A DNA stretch of 64,000 bases, from NCBI GenBank assembly GCA_965206845.1, contig OZ242221.1, positions 672,001 through 736,000 on the forward strand, written 5' to 3'. This document shows, in pieces, positions 29,944 through 40,994 of the stretch. This DNA comes from Cenarchaeum sp. GTDB lineage: Archaea > Thermoproteota > Nitrososphaeria > Nitrososphaerales > Nitrosopumilaceae. The notes below the pieces were generated by a model. It was not told the DNA's origin. It worked only from the letters and a program-made list of their open reading frames with translations, and ran no database searches. Position 1 is the stretch's first letter, and every line of letters starts with the position of its first letter. Position numbers and translations under genes: made by a program.

Positions 29944-30489
29944 ATGATTTCTGAATTGAGGGCAATCGGATAATTATATTAAAGTTTACAGGCGTAAAAC
30001 CGCTACGGGAACCAGAGGGTCTCCCCCACCCACGATGCCCCTGCCTGCCTGCCAGCCGATAACGGTCTTGTCCCTGGGTGGCATCCCGCGCGCGGGCGCC
30101 TAGGCGGGCGCACCTGGGTTTTTCCGGCCCCGTGACATGTGTGATCCCGCGGCCGTGCCGCCGCACGAGGGCTTCAGCAGCCGGTCTCTGCCCCACAGCG
30201 TCCTTGATCGACGGGGTGCACGATATCCCCCTGCACGGCGCATGCAGGCACGATCACGCCGAACAGAGACAGCCTCCGGCTGCCCGGCACGGCGGCACTT
30301 GCCGTGGGTATAGCCGGATCCGCCAGGCGCATGGTAGCTGGATCACCACATTCTGGATTATGCTGCGGACGGCGAGCTCCGATCCTATCACATCCGGGCA
30401 CGGGATGGCTGTGAGAACCGCCTGGCGGCCCTGGATCGGCACATGCTTCCGCTAGTAATAAATTCGTGCTGTTGGTACACACACCATAG

Positions 30490-30774
30490 ATGGAAGAACT
30501 AGAACACAAGTATGAGGTCGAGATACTGACAGAAGAGAAGAAGCAAAGGATCCCCGAATCCGTAAAGGAGGAGCTGAAGAAGTCCGGAATGATGAACGCC
30601 AAGGGCAAGCTCAAGATCGGCGGGGTCAGCCCCAAGATGCTCAAGCGGATGAAGCAGGAGTACGTGGAGTGCCCGGTTCTTAACGAACGCGTCCACTTCA
30701 TACGGTGCTTTGTATGCACCAACTTTCAGAGCAGGGTCGTAGGCAAGGTGCTCTGCAAGGGATCCCCGCTGTAG
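30490..30774 (+). CDS. Conserved thaumarchaeal hypothetical protein (Cys-rich, possibly Zn-binding)
   Basis: ECPV...CFVCTNFQSRV..KV.C pattern. Confidence 0.7.
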   Translation: MEELEHKYEVEILTEEKKQRIPESVKEELKKSGMMNAKGKLKIGGVSPKMLKRMKQEYVECPVLNERVHFIRCFVCTNFQSRVVGKVLCKGSPL

Positions 30775-30897
30775 GTACGGGCACCGGCGGTTCCGCACAG
30801 GATCCGCCCTGCAGTCCGGCGCACTCCGGAGCCGGGCACGTCAGGGCAGAGCCGCTTCGAAAAGCACATTAATGAAAATTCCAGTGATGATACAGTT

Positions 30898-32337
30898 TTG
30901 GAAAAGATCGGAATCACCGTATCCAAGAGATCTAACTTTAGCGAATGGTATACGCAAGTGGTCCTCAAGGCGGAGCTGGCAGACTATGCCCCGGTCAAGG
31001 GACTCATCGTGTTGAGGCCCGACGGGTACGCCATATGGGAGCTGGTGCAGCGCACCGTAGATGCCAAGTTTGCCGCAGACGGCATACGCAACGGCTTTCT
31101 GCCCGTGCTGATACCAGAGTCGCTTCTGGGAAAGGAGAAGAAGCACTTTGCCGGGTTCAACCCCGAGGTCTTCTGGGTAACGCACTCAGGCGAGAGCAAG
31201 ATAGGCGACCGGCTGGCCCTGCGTCCCACGTCTGAGACCCTGGCGTACTCGATGTACTCAAAGTGGATAAAGAGCTGGAGGGATCTCCCGCTGAAGATAA
31301 ACTTCTGGAACACGGCGCTAAGGGCAGAGATCAAGGGCACAAAGCCGTTCCTGAGGACGTCAGAGTTTCTGTGGCAGGAAGGCCACACCGTCCACGCAAC
31401 AAGCGGCGAGGCCCAGGAGCAGGTGGCAAGGATGCTAGACGTATATCGGGAGGTGGTGGAGCAGGAGATGGCAATACCCACAGTCGCCGGCAAAAAGTCC
31501 GAGAGCGAGAAGTTTGTAGGCGCCGTATACACCACCACAATCGAGTCCATGATGCCAGACGGCAAGGCCCTGCAGATGGGCACGTCCCACTTTCTCGGCC
31601 AGAACTTCTCCGTGCCCTTTGGAGTAAAGTTTGCAGACAGGGACAACAAGGAACAGTTCGCGTGGCAGACGTCCTGGGGCGTGTCATGGAGGCTGATCGG
31701 GGCAATGATCATGGTCCACGGCGACGACCACGGCCTGAGCCTGCCTCCCCGGATGGCTCCCATCCAGGTTGTAGTCGTGCCTGTCTACTTTACAAAGGGG
31801 CAAGAGACGGAGGTAACCGCCCGGGCGCGGGAGGTAGGACGGATGCTCTGCGGTTGCGGCATACGGGCGCACACAGACGATCGCCAGGAGATGACGCCTG
31901 GCTTCAAGTACCACGACTGGGAGATGAGGGGCGTGCCGCTCAGGATCGAGATCGGGCCCAGGGAACTCAAGGACGACAGGATCAGGGTAACCCAGAGGTA
32001 CAACAGGGCCAAGTCCGATGTGGCCATACCTGATGCGGGCAAGATCATACCGGAGATGCTAGAGGAGATACAGTCCGGCATGCGGGACAGGGCCAGAAAG
32101 GCCCTAGAAGAGATGACACACGCAGTATCGGACTATGCCGCGTTTCGCAGCATGATCGAGGGCGGCGGATTCTTTAGGATGCTATGGTGCGGCGGCCCTG
32201 ACTGCGAGAAGAAGATCAAGGAGGAGACGGGAGCCGATATTCGCGTCATTCCATTTGACGGCCAGGACGCGCCGGGCACCTGCGTCTACTGCGGGGAGCC
32301 GGCGGTGTGCACAGCCATATTTGCCAGAGGATACTGA
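30898..32337 (+). CDS. proS: Prolyl-tRNA synthetase (archaeal type)
   Basis: RPTSET, FLRTSEFLWQEGHT, QTSWG and C-terminal ARGY. Confidence 0.97.
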   Translation: MEKIGITVSKRSNFSEWYTQVVLKAELADYAPVKGLIVLRPDGYAIWELVQRTVDAKFAADGIRNGFLPVLIPESLLGKEKKHFAGFNPEVFWVTHSGESKIGDRLALRPTSETLAYSMYSKWIKSWRDLPLKINFWNTALRAEIKGTKPFLRTSEFLWQEGHTVHATSGEAQEQVARMLDVYREVVEQEMAIPTVAGKKSESEKFVGAVYTTTIESMMPDGKALQMGTSHFLGQNFSVPFGVKFADRDNKEQFAWQTSWGVSWRLIGAMIMVHGDDHGLSLPPRMAPIQVVVVPVYFTKGQETEVTARAREVGRMLCGCGIRAHTDDRQEMTPGFKYHDWEMRGVPLRIEIGPRELKDDRIRVTQRYNRAKSDVAIPDAGKIIPEMLEEIQSGMRDRARKALEEMTHAVSDYAAFRSMIEGGGFFRMLWCGGPDCEKKIKEETGADIRVIPFDGQDAPGTCVYCGEPAVCTAIFARGY

Positions 32338-32620
32338 GCACATGTGAGACGTGAGCCATTCTGCAGAGCCTGTGGCGCCATCTCAAGGCGCGTGGCATGT
32401 GGACGAATCAATGGTGCCGAAAGTCTGGGCGGGCTCTTCGTAAAACGCGGGTAATGGAACCGTCGTCTCCGTTCCGTTGACTACTGATCCTGTCCCTCCA
32501 CAACGACCGAATCTCCCCCGATAAAGAACCGGATCTTCCTCGGATTGCCAGCGCCAAGGCGGGTCATCTCGAACCATCGCGCACAAGAACTAATAATGGC
32601 CGCGCCGGACTCAGAGCCGT

Positions 32621-33928
32621 ATGGATACCGTATCCAGGCATCCCGACAGCGCGCTGGTAGACCAGTTCAGGCAGACCCGGAGCAGAACTCTGGAGCTCGT
32701 CAGGAATCTTGCACCAGACGACTATGTGGTCCAGACGGCGCCCTACACAAGCCCGATCAAGTGGCACGTTGGGCACGTAAGCTGGATCTACGAGGCCGTA
32801 ATGCGCAAGATATCCCCGGATTACGAGTTCTACTCCGACGACCTCTCAGGGTACCTCAACTCTTACTATCAGCAGTTTGGCGTGCCTCACGACAAGGCCA
32901 GGCGCGGCATAGTCTCCAGGCCCACCCTGGACGAGATCCTCCAGTACTTTGATGCCACCAGCCGGAGGGTGGCAGAGTTTGTCCAGGAGAGGCAGCTGAA
33001 AGACGGACAGACCCGGTTGATGACGATGGGGATCCACCACGAGTGCCAGCACCAGGAGCTGATGACATACGACCTGCAGCACCTGCTGGCCGGAAGTTAC
33101 AGGCCCGCGGAGAGGCTCAGGGCACCACGGCCCACCGTATCGCACAAGGAGCCTGCGCGCGTCCGCGGCGGCCTGTACGCGCTGGGTTACGGCGGCGGCG
33201 ACTACTGCTACGACGTCGAGCTGCCAGAGCACATGACGTACCTGGAGGACTGCGAGATCGACGCGTTCCCGGTCACCAACGGGCAGTACATGCGGTTCAT
33301 CGAGGACGGCGGGTACGGCAGCTACCGGTTCTGGCTCTCAGACGGCTGGGAGAAGGTCAAGGAGAACGGCTGGAAGGCCCCCATGTACTGGGAGAGGGAG
33401 GACGGCGCGTGGCTGCGCGACGGCTTTTCTGGAAGGAGAAGGGTAAACCCGAATGAGCCGGTCTGCCATGTCAGCTTTTACGAGGCGGACGCATACTGCC
33501 GGTGGGCTGGCGGCAGGCTTCCAACGGAGGCAGAGTGGGAGAAGGCCGCCTGCTGGGACGAGCAGAGGCAGAGAAAGACGGCATTTCCCTGGGGCAACGA
33601 GCCTGCAGGCGCAAGATACGCCAACCTGCTGGAATCGTACATCTGGCAGTGCACGGAGATCGGATCGTACCCGGACGGGGCCAGTCCGGCTGGGTGCCAC
33701 CAGATGATCGGTGACGTCTGGGAGTGGACCGCATCGGAGTTTGTGGGGTATCCCGGATTCAAGACGGGCTTTGAGGAGTACAACGACAAATGGTTCACAA
33801 ACCAGAAGGTCCTCCGCGGGGGCTCCTTTGGGACTCCGGCCGTCTCGATCCGCGGAAGCTACAGGAACTTTTTCAGGCTGGATGAGCGGTGGCTCTTCTC
33901 CGGATTCCGGTGCGCCCGGGACGTCTAG
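32621..33928 (+). CDS. egtB: Ergothioneine biosynthesis sulfoxide synthase (DinB + FGE domains)
   Basis: WHVGH, HECQHQE iron ligands, RLPTEAEWE, GDVWEW and GFRC motifs. Confidence 0.9.
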   Translation: MDTVSRHPDSALVDQFRQTRSRTLELVRNLAPDDYVVQTAPYTSPIKWHVGHVSWIYEAVMRKISPDYEFYSDDLSGYLNSYYQQFGVPHDKARRGIVSRPTLDEILQYFDATSRRVAEFVQERQLKDGQTRLMTMGIHHECQHQELMTYDLQHLLAGSYRPAERLRAPRPTVSHKEPARVRGGLYALGYGGGDYCYDVELPEHMTYLEDCEIDAFPVTNGQYMRFIEDGGYGSYRFWLSDGWEKVKENGWKAPMYWEREDGAWLRDGFSGRRRVNPNEPVCHVSFYEADAYCRWAGGRLPTEAEWEKAACWDEQRQRKTAFPWGNEPAGARYANLLESYIWQCTEIGSYPDGASPAGCHQMIGDVWEWTASEFVGYPGFKTGFEEYNDKWFTNQKVLRGGSFGTPAVSIRGSYRNFFRLDERWLFSGFRCARDV

Positions 33929-34940
33929 AGGCCAGAACCACGCAGTAGCCGCGGGCATCCTGCCAGGTGCGGCAGATCTCAAGGCCGGCGCCCCTCATCA
34001 TACTCCTGATGCCAGGCACGGTGTACTTGTATGAGTACTCGGTGTGAATCAGCTCGTTCTCCTCCAGATCAAGGCTCAGGCCGGACTTGGGTATGCTCAC
34101 GCTCTGCCTCTTCGTGGATCTGAGGTACATCTCTATTCTGCTGCGGTCAGGATTGAATATGCAGTGGTGCTCAAAGTTATCCGGCACAAAGTTTCCATCC
34201 AGTTCCTCGTTGATCCGCAAAAGCACGTTCAGGTTGAACCTGGTCGTAATCCCCCGGGAGTCGTTGTATGCCCGCTCCAGCACGCCCCTCTCCTTTACCA
34301 GGTCAAGGCCGATGAGGAAGAGATCCGAGGTGTTCATGGTGGAGGACACCTGCCTTAGAAACCCCTGCGCGTCGTGCGGCTCAAAGTTTCCCAGGCTGGA
34401 TCCCAGAAACGCAATAAGGTTTGGCCCCCCGCCGTACCTTCTGACAAACTCCAGGCCGGACTCAAAGGTGTCCATTACTCCGGTAATGCGCAGCCTCGGG
34501 TACGCCTCCAGCAGATCAAGCGAGCTCTCACCCAGTATCTCAGATACATCAATTGGAAAGAACTCCACCCCGTCCTGCATTCCGTCCAGCACATCCAGGA
34601 TAAGCCGCGTCTTGATCGCCGAGCCGCTTCCCAGCTCCACCAGCCTATAATTGTGGTGGAGATACCCGGGGAGCTCGTCTTGCATGCGCTGCAGGATCTT
34701 GATCTCGGTTCTTGTGAGGTAGTACTCTGGCAGCTGGCATATCTGATCAAAGAGCAGGGAGCCTGCCCTGTTGTAGAAGAACTTTGGGTTCAGGGATCTG
34801 GGGCGCCGATCCATGCTGCGGGACACCTCCCAGGCAAATGACATCTCCCCGCCGGTGCTGTGGGGCCTGTAGTAGCAGAGCCGCGGACTTATGCTGTGCT
34901 TCTGGTAGCCAGGAGATCCCTGGATCGTTTTGGATGACAC
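33873..34940 (-). CDS. egtD: L-histidine N-alpha-methyltransferase
   Basis: PKFFY, LPEYYLTRTE, VELGSG, AYND and TEYSYKY motifs; probable GTG 34940. Confidence 0.9.
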   Translation of the reverse strand: MSSKTIQGSPGYQKHSISPRLCYYRPHSTGGEMSFAWEVSRSMDRRPRSLNPKFFYNRAGSLLFDQICQLPEYYLTRTEIKILQRMQDELPGYLHHNYRLVELGSGSAIKTRLILDVLDGMQDGVEFFPIDVSEILGESSLDLLEAYPRLRITGVMDTFESGLEFVRRYGGGPNLIAFLGSSLGNFEPHDAQGFLRQVSSTMNTSDLFLIGLDLVKERGVLERAYNDSRGITTRFNLNVLLRINEELDGNFVPDNFEHHCIFNPDRSRIEMYLRSTKRQSVSIPKSGLSLDLEENELIHTEYSYKYTVPGIRSMMRGAGLEICRTWQDARGYCVVLASRRPGRTGIRRRATAHPA

Positions 34941-35202
34941 GTATCGGAGGTCAGGCGTACACCTTAAATGCCTTTTTCTGGAGGAGCGCAGAACCCTTAA
35001 CTCACGCATCCGTTTAGGCCCGTTACGGCACCCAAGCATCATCGATGGTTGCCACGGATGGCTGGTGTTCCCCTGTTCTGCGCCTCCCGCTCCAGTCACT
35101 AATCCGCAGACTCGGGCGGATCTTCGCGGCTGGCCAGATGCGGCAGACCCCGCTTCACGCACGGGAAGACCCTTGATATAGTACGTGCGCAGTATCCACC
35201 GT

Positions 35203-36174
35203 GTGGAATACGTTCTGGAGGTCCAGGGCCTTACCCGGCACTTTGTCAAGAAGGGTTTCTTTGGGGGGCATGTGAGCACCGTGAGGGCAGCAGACGGCGT
35301 CTCCTTCGGGCTGAGACCCGGCGGGGTCTTCGTCTTGGCGGGCGAGTCCGGATCAGGCAAGTCCACCATTGCCAGGATCATCCTGGGCGCCATCCGGCCG
35401 GATTCCGGCAGGATAATCTTCGAGGGCAAGGAGGTGCGCCGGGACAGGAACAGCCTCAAAAGAATCAGGATGGGATGCCAGATGGTGCAGCAGGATCCCT
35501 ACGACTCGATCAACCCCAGAATGAAGATATCCGATATAGTAGCCGAACCGCTGGAGATTCACAAGCTGGGGGATCGGAAGGAGAGGGAGAGGCGCGTCCT
35601 GGAGGTTCTAGAGGAGGTCCGGCTGAAGCCGGCAGAGGAGATTGCGTCAAAGAACCCGCACATGCTCTCAGGCGGCCAGAGGCAGAGGGTGGTTCTTGCA
35701 AGGGCGCTGGCAACAAACCCCAAGGTGATCATAGCCGATGAGCCGGTATCCATGCTGGATGTCTCCATCCGCGCAGAGATGCTGGAGCTTATGCAGAACC
35801 TGCAGAAGAGGCGCGGCATCTCGTTTGTATACATCACGCACGATCTTGCCACGGCCAGGCATTTTGGCGACCAGATCGCAATACTGTACCGGGGCATGAT
35901 AGTGGAGTCGGGGCCCATCGGGGACGTGCTGCTTCACCCAAGACACCCCTATACCAGGGCACTCATCGATGCGATATCCGAGCCGGATCCTGACAACGTC
36001 AACAGAATCAAGGATGTCCGGATCAAGGATGCCGAGGCAGCAGACGTGTACCAGGGGTGCAGGTTCCAGGACAGGTGCCCATATGCAGTAGACAAGTGCT
36101 CCGAGGATCCCGTCCTCGAGTCCGCGGACGGGCGCGGGGTTGCGTGCTTTTTTCCGCTGGACGACTCTGAGTGA
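35203..36174 (+). CDS. Oligopeptide/dipeptide ABC transporter ATP-binding protein
   Basis: GESGSGKS, LSGGQRQR, ADEP, HPYT and C-terminal GCRF..RCP motifs. Confidence 0.92.
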   Translation: MEYVLEVQGLTRHFVKKGFFGGHVSTVRAADGVSFGLRPGGVFVLAGESGSGKSTIARIILGAIRPDSGRIIFEGKEVRRDRNSLKRIRMGCQMVQQDPYDSINPRMKISDIVAEPLEIHKLGDRKERERRVLEVLEEVRLKPAEEIASKNPHMLSGGQRQRVVLARALATNPKVIIADEPVSMLDVSIRAEMLELMQNLQKRRGISFVYITHDLATARHFGDQIAILYRGMIVESGPIGDVLLHPRHPYTRALIDAISEPDPDNVNRIKDVRIKDAEAADVYQGCRFQDRCPYAVDKCSEDPVLESADGRGVACFFPLDDSE

Positions 36175-36257
36175 GCATGGCCTGCCCTGAGCCTCGCCGG
36201 CGATGACCGCGCCGGGCAGGAGACACGCGATCCGGAGACATCAAGGAACCCGCAGGG

Positions 36258-39200
36258 CTATGGCGTTATGGAGGACAGCCGCCGGTCCTTGTAGATGACC
36301 AGATGCGATACGCCATTCCTTGGGTACACCCCGTAGATGAGGCCAGCCTTTTGCACCACCGAATCCTTCAGTGACACGATAATGAACTGGCTCTCCCGGG
36401 AGCGCTCCTTGAGAATCTTTGAGAGCCGTTCCGAGTTCGGCGCATCGAGTGCCGCGTCCACCTCGTCAAAGAGGTAGAACGATGAAGGCTTGAGCTTCTG
36501 CAGCGCCAGCACAAAGACGGTCGCCGCCAGCGTCTTCTCTCCGCCGCTCAGTGAGGTGGACTCCCTCTTGGGTTTTGCCGGCAGCTGGACCATGTATGAT
36601 ATTCCAGAGTTGAACAGGTCGTCCTCGTTTTGAATCTCCAGCCATGCGGCCCCGTTCATCATCTTTGGGGATATGGCGCGGATCTCCTGGTCTACGCGGT
36701 CAAAGGCATCCAGAAATGTCTGCCGCTTGTCCTTCTCGACATCCTCGATGAACTTCACTATGGAGTTGCGCTCAGACTCTAGGGAGTTCTTCCTGTCGGA
36801 CATGGAACGGTATCCGTCAGACACCTCCAGGTACTTCTCGGGAGCAATTGAGTTCAGCTTGGGTTGCAGCCTGTTCTGCTCTGTCTGCAGCGCCTCCAAA
36901 AGGCGCCCCACGGTGCCAGCGTCAAGCTGTGGGGCCGTCGAGCCCGCAAGGCGCTGCAGCTCTGCGGCCTTGCCTGCCAGTACCTCCAGATCCCGGGACA
37001 GCGAGTCGGATTTTCGTTTCAGGGAGTTGATCTCGTCTGTGAGCCTCCGGTCCTGCGCGTTGAGCCCCTTGATCCTCACGTCATACTCCCTGAGCTGCTC
37101 CACCGAGCTGCCCGTAGTTGAGATCAGATCCTGCTCCTGCTCCCTCAGCTTGATCAGCGCATCGTTGTGCTCGTCCCGCTTGCGCCCCATTGCCACCACA
37201 CCCTCCTGCAGGCTCGAAAGCTCCGCCGCCAGGCCGCTCCTCTCCGTCTGCAGGGCGCGCATCCTGCGTATGGCCTCTGACTCTCTGGCATCCAGCGAGG
37301 CCAGCCGGGATCTCTCCTCATGGAGTGCAGTCATTACCCCGGACAGCTCTGCCTCAAGCCCCGACTTGAGTCTGCCGAGCCGCTCGAGCCTGTCGCCGAT
37401 CCGTTTCTGCTCCCCCGGTGAGTGCATGCCTTCCAGTATGGCAACCCGCTGCTTCAGGGACTCGACCCTTGACTCCTGGCATATGGAGCGGATGCGGAAC
37501 GCCTCACTTCTCTTCTGCAGCGTGTCCACTCTCGCGTCCAGCACGGTTGTCATCTCTTCGGATCTTGAGATATCGGATTCGAGGCTGGCATGGGTCTGCT
37601 CTACGGCTGCCAGTCTTTTTTCTGCGGCAGACAGCCTGACGCGGTGATCCTCTGCCGCATCGTCCATGAGCTGCAGGGCAGCCTTGCGCTTTTGGCAGTG
37701 CCCCTTGAGTAGGGATATGGATCTCAGCAGATCCTCCACCGAGCCGCTCATGGATATGAGCCGGGTCAGCTTCGAGATCTTCGAGCTCACATCTATCACT
37801 GCTGCTGCCGTCAGCGGCTCAAAGAGCTCGCCGTCCAGGGTGACTGCCCGCACACCGACCTTTGACGCTTCGTACGCCACATCCCGAGTCTCGGTCAGAA
37901 CCGTACTACCGAACAGAAACTCCTTGATCCCCGAGTGCTCCTTGCTGCACTTCACAAAGTTTGAGAGGTATCCCAGCACGCCATCGCCGCTAATGGGCCT
38001 GTGCTTCTGCACCGGCACCCCCTCGTAGGGTATCATCCTTGTCTTTGGCAGTCCGTTGATGCGCGCGTACTCGGCAAGACCCAGCAGCGTCTCAAAGTCC
38101 CTTACCACCACTGCCTTGATCCAGTCCGAGCCCGCTGCCAGCATGGCCCGCTCATACTTTGCGTCCCAGGATATCATCTCGTAGACCAGCCCGTGAATTC
38201 CCAGCTTGTCTGCATTCTCCTTCAGCTTTGAGATGGAATAGTCCTCGTGCATGATGGACTTGATGGTCTTGATCCTGGTTCCGGTGCGGCCGGCCACCTT
38301 GTCAGCCTTCTCAAGGATCGCAGTCGTGTCGTCTATGCCCCGGCGCGCCCTTGCCCTTTTGGGTTCAAGCGAGGCAACAGCGGACTGCTCCTGCCTCACC
38401 TCGTCTTGGCGCCTTGCAAGCATGGCATCCAGCCTGCCCTTTAAGAGCCCCATTTGGGCGTACTTTGCCTTCAGGTCGGAGCTCTTCTTTGTGTTAGAGC
38501 TGACTCTCTCAGCCATATCCTGCATTTTGGATACGGTGCTTGAGAGGGAGAGCTGCGCGGATGCGAGCTCCTGGCGCAAGCGGTTGATCTTTTTGTCGGA
38601 CTCGATCTTTCCTTTGCCCAACAGTCCCTGCTCCTGGAAGGTGGCCGTCCACTGTCCCTCCAGGGACTGGATCTCTCGGCCGAGCCTACCGCGGTCTTCG
38701 TCTGCCTTGGCTAGCAGATCATCCCGGGTGCGCCGTTCATCCTCAAGGGATGCCTTCTGCTTGCCCAGATCCTCTTGGGACTGGTCGATCTGCGGGAGCC
38801 GCTGCCGTATCTGGGAGATCCGGTTCTGTGCAGTCTTCAGCTCGTAATCTGCCTCCTGGTGCTTGATGAAGGCCCCGCTGATACTCCTCTCCAACTCTGC
38901 CTTTGCCTTGCTGTGTGCGTCTGCACGGCCCATCGAGTCCCCCTTCTCCTTCTCCAGCGCGGCAACGCTTTTGCGGATGTCGCTGCGCCTGCCTGTCAGC
39001 TCGTCTGTCTTGCCTGTGATCTGGAGCTGCTGCCTCTTCTGCTCCCGCCTCTGGGCGGTTACGGCGACCAGATCGTTTGCAGCAGATATAGCCTTTAGCC
39101 TGTCTATGTCTGCGCCCAGCATGTCGTAGCGCAGCTTGTGGTTCCGCTCCTCCTCCAGCTCGTCGATTCTGTTCCTGATCTCGCCCATCTTGGCCAATGC

Positions 39201-39770
39201 GACCTCCAGCCGCCGGTCTGCCAGCTCCAGCTGCTTCTGGGCCTGTTCCTTCTTTTCGTCAAAGTAGTCCAGCCCCACAAGGCTCTCTATGGACTCCCGC
39301 TTCTCCTCTGGGGTAAGCTCGGCGATCTTCATTACGGTTCCCTGCTGTACTGCATTGAGTGGACTCAGGCCAGCGTTTGCAACATCGAGCATGTCCAGCA
39401 TCTGCCCCCGCTGGGTCTTTTTATCATTGACGTAGTAGGTGTTGTTGCCCTTTGTGTCCAGCTCCCTTGTGATCTTTACCCTGTCCGAGTCCACGGGTAT
39501 CTTCCGGTCCGAGTTGTCAAAGTAAACGCTGCACCTTGCCATCCTGACGCCCCGCTGGTCATCGCTGGGTATCAGGGATCGGAGCCGATCCACGCGCATC
39601 ATCTTTGGGCGGTTCTCCCCCAGGGCAAATATTATGGCATCAAGCACGGTGCTCTTGCCGGAGCCGTTGGCCCCGGAGATCGATATCATTCCGGGCTGAA
39701 GGTGCATCGTGGTGTTTTTGAATCCAAACGACTTGAAGCCAAACATCTCCAGCTTTTTGATGTGAACCAA
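36258..39770 (-). CDS. smc: Chromosome segregation protein SMC
   Basis: FKSF, GANGSGKS, coiled coils, hinge, LSGGEK and FDEVDAALD. Confidence 0.96.
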   Translation of the reverse strand: MVHIKKLEMFGFKSFGFKNTTMHLQPGMISISGANGSGKSTVLDAIIFALGENRPKMMRVDRLRSLIPSDDQRGVRMARCSVYFDNSDRKIPVDSDRVKITRELDTKGNNTYYVNDKKTQRGQMLDMLDVANAGLSPLNAVQQGTVMKIAELTPEEKRESIESLVGLDYFDEKKEQAQKQLELADRRLEVALAKMGEIRNRIDELEEERNHKLRYDMLGADIDRLKAISAANDLVAVTAQRREQKRQQLQITGKTDELTGRRSDIRKSVAALEKEKGDSMGRADAHSKAKAELERSISGAFIKHQEADYELKTAQNRISQIRQRLPQIDQSQEDLGKQKASLEDERRTRDDLLAKADEDRGRLGREIQSLEGQWTATFQEQGLLGKGKIESDKKINRLRQELASAQLSLSSTVSKMQDMAERVSSNTKKSSDLKAKYAQMGLLKGRLDAMLARRQDEVRQEQSAVASLEPKRARARRGIDDTTAILEKADKVAGRTGTRIKTIKSIMHEDYSISKLKENADKLGIHGLVYEMISWDAKYERAMLAAGSDWIKAVVVRDFETLLGLAEYARINGLPKTRMIPYEGVPVQKHRPISGDGVLGYLSNFVKCSKEHSGIKEFLFGSTVLTETRDVAYEASKVGVRAVTLDGELFEPLTAAAVIDVSSKISKLTRLISMSGSVEDLLRSISLLKGHCQKRKAALQLMDDAAEDHRVRLSAAEKRLAAVEQTHASLESDISRSEEMTTVLDARVDTLQKRSEAFRIRSICQESRVESLKQRVAILEGMHSPGEQKRIGDRLERLGRLKSGLEAELSGVMTALHEERSRLASLDARESEAIRRMRALQTERSGLAAELSSLQEGVVAMGRKRDEHNDALIKLREQEQDLISTTGSSVEQLREYDVRIKGLNAQDRRLTDEINSLKRKSDSLSRDLEVLAGKAAELQRLAGSTAPQLDAGTVGRLLEALQTEQNRLQPKLNSIAPEKYLEVSDGYRSMSDRKNSLESERNSIVKFIEDVEKDKRQTFLDAFDRVDQEIRAISPKMMNGAAWLEIQNEDDLFNSGISYMVQLPAKPKRESTSLSGGEKTLAATVFVLALQKLKPSSFYLFDEVDAALDAPNSERLSKILKERSRESQFIIVSLKDSVVQKAGLIYGVYPRNGVSHLVIYKDRRLSSITP

Positions 39771-39899
39771 CTGTATAGTACCTATACATGCATGTGATAA
39801 TCTTTTACTGGCAAGTTTATTTGACAAACTTGGTAGATTTTTCTTGCCATTTTACCATCACTGCCGGATGCAGTGCGTCCCGCCACGGGTATGTCTGTG

Positions 39900-40994
39900 T
39901 CAGGTGTCGGCGACAAAGTCCTCACAGGCCTGTTTTGCTAGCGGATCAGTCGTCTGTCTGGGGGGGTGCTTCATCAGGTATGCGCATGCAGGGTACACAG
40001 GCCCGCCCACTCCCCTGTCCAGAGCGATCTTTGCCAGCCTTATGGCGTCGATCACAATTCCCGCAGAGTTTGCCTTGTCGTCCACCTCCAGCCTGACCTC
40101 CATATTGTAGGGAATGTTTGCCCACTGTCTTCCCTCGATCCGCATGAACATGAGCTTGGTGTTTCTCAGAAACGGGATAAAGTCAGAAGGGCCGACATAG
40201 ATCTGATCATCGTCAAGACGCTCGTCCAGCTGGCTCTGGACGCTCTCGGTCTTTGATATCCTCTTGCTCACGAGGCGCTCCTGCTCCTTCATGTTCAGGA
40301 AGTCGGTGTTTCCGCCCACGTTGATCTGGTATGTCTTCTCTATCTTCGTGCCCCGGTCGTTGCACAGCCTTGCCAGGGTTCTGTGCACGATGGTGGCTCC
40401 CACCTGCCCCTTGATGTCATCCCCGACAAGCGGAATTCCCTTGGAGGCAAACTTTTTGCCCCACTCCTCGTCGGATGCGATAAATGACGGTATGCAGTTC
40501 ACGAACGCTATTCCCATATCCAGGCACATTCGGGCCCAGAAGCGTGTTGCCTGCTCGGATCCCACGGGCAGGTACGATACGAGTACCTGGACGCCCGTAT
40601 TACGGAGTGTCTCTCTGATCTCCGATGCCAGCTGCTCCGTGGATTTGGAGCTCTTGATGGGCTTGACGCGGTTCTCCACCCAGATTCCCACTCCGTCAAG
40701 GGCGGGGCCCTCGTGCACCATGGCATCCGTCCGGGGCATCTTGTCCTCAGGTATCCAGTTTACCATGTTGGGCTCCCGGTAGATGGCCTCGTTGATGGTT
40801 CTGCCTATCTTGTTCTCGCCCACGTCAAACCCGCACACAAAATCTATATCATATATGCCGTAATCACACAGCCTCTCATGGATGATGCCTATGACCTGCT
40901 GTTCCGGACTCTGCCGGTAGTACTCTATTCCCTGTATAAGTCCCGAGAAGCAGTTGCCGATTCCCACCAGGCCGACCTTGATCCCCTCAACCAT
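39900..40994 (-). CDS. ino1: Myo-inositol-1-phosphate synthase
   Basis: GIGNC, YLPVGS, GDDIKGQVGAT and GGNTDFLN motifs. Confidence 0.95.
   Translation of the reverse strand: MVEGIKVGLVGIGNCFSGLIQGIEYYRQSPEQQVIGIIHERLCDYGIYDIDFVCGFDVGENKIGRTINEAIYREPNMVNWIPEDKMPRTDAMVHEGPALDGVGIWVENRVKPIKSSKSTEQLASEIRETLRNTGVQVLVSYLPVGSEQATRFWARMCLDMGIAFVNCIPSFIASDEEWGKKFASKGIPLVGDDIKGQVGATIVHRTLARLCNDRGTKIEKTYQINVGGNTDFLNMKEQERLVSKRISKTESVQSQLDERLDDDQIYVGPSDFIPFLRNTKLMFMRIEGRQWANIPYNMEVRLEVDDKANSAGIVIDAIRLAKIALDRGVGGPVYPACAYLMKHPPRQTTDPLAKQACEDFVADT

Noticed and set aside
32621-33928. Selenoneine synthase SenA instead of EgtB
   Set aside because: No senB or selD neighbours; pairing with egtD fits ergothioneine
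34941-35459. N-terminal extension of EgtD in the 528-aa ORF
   Set aside because: Overlaps the opposite-strand ABC ATPase; no recognisable similarity before 34940
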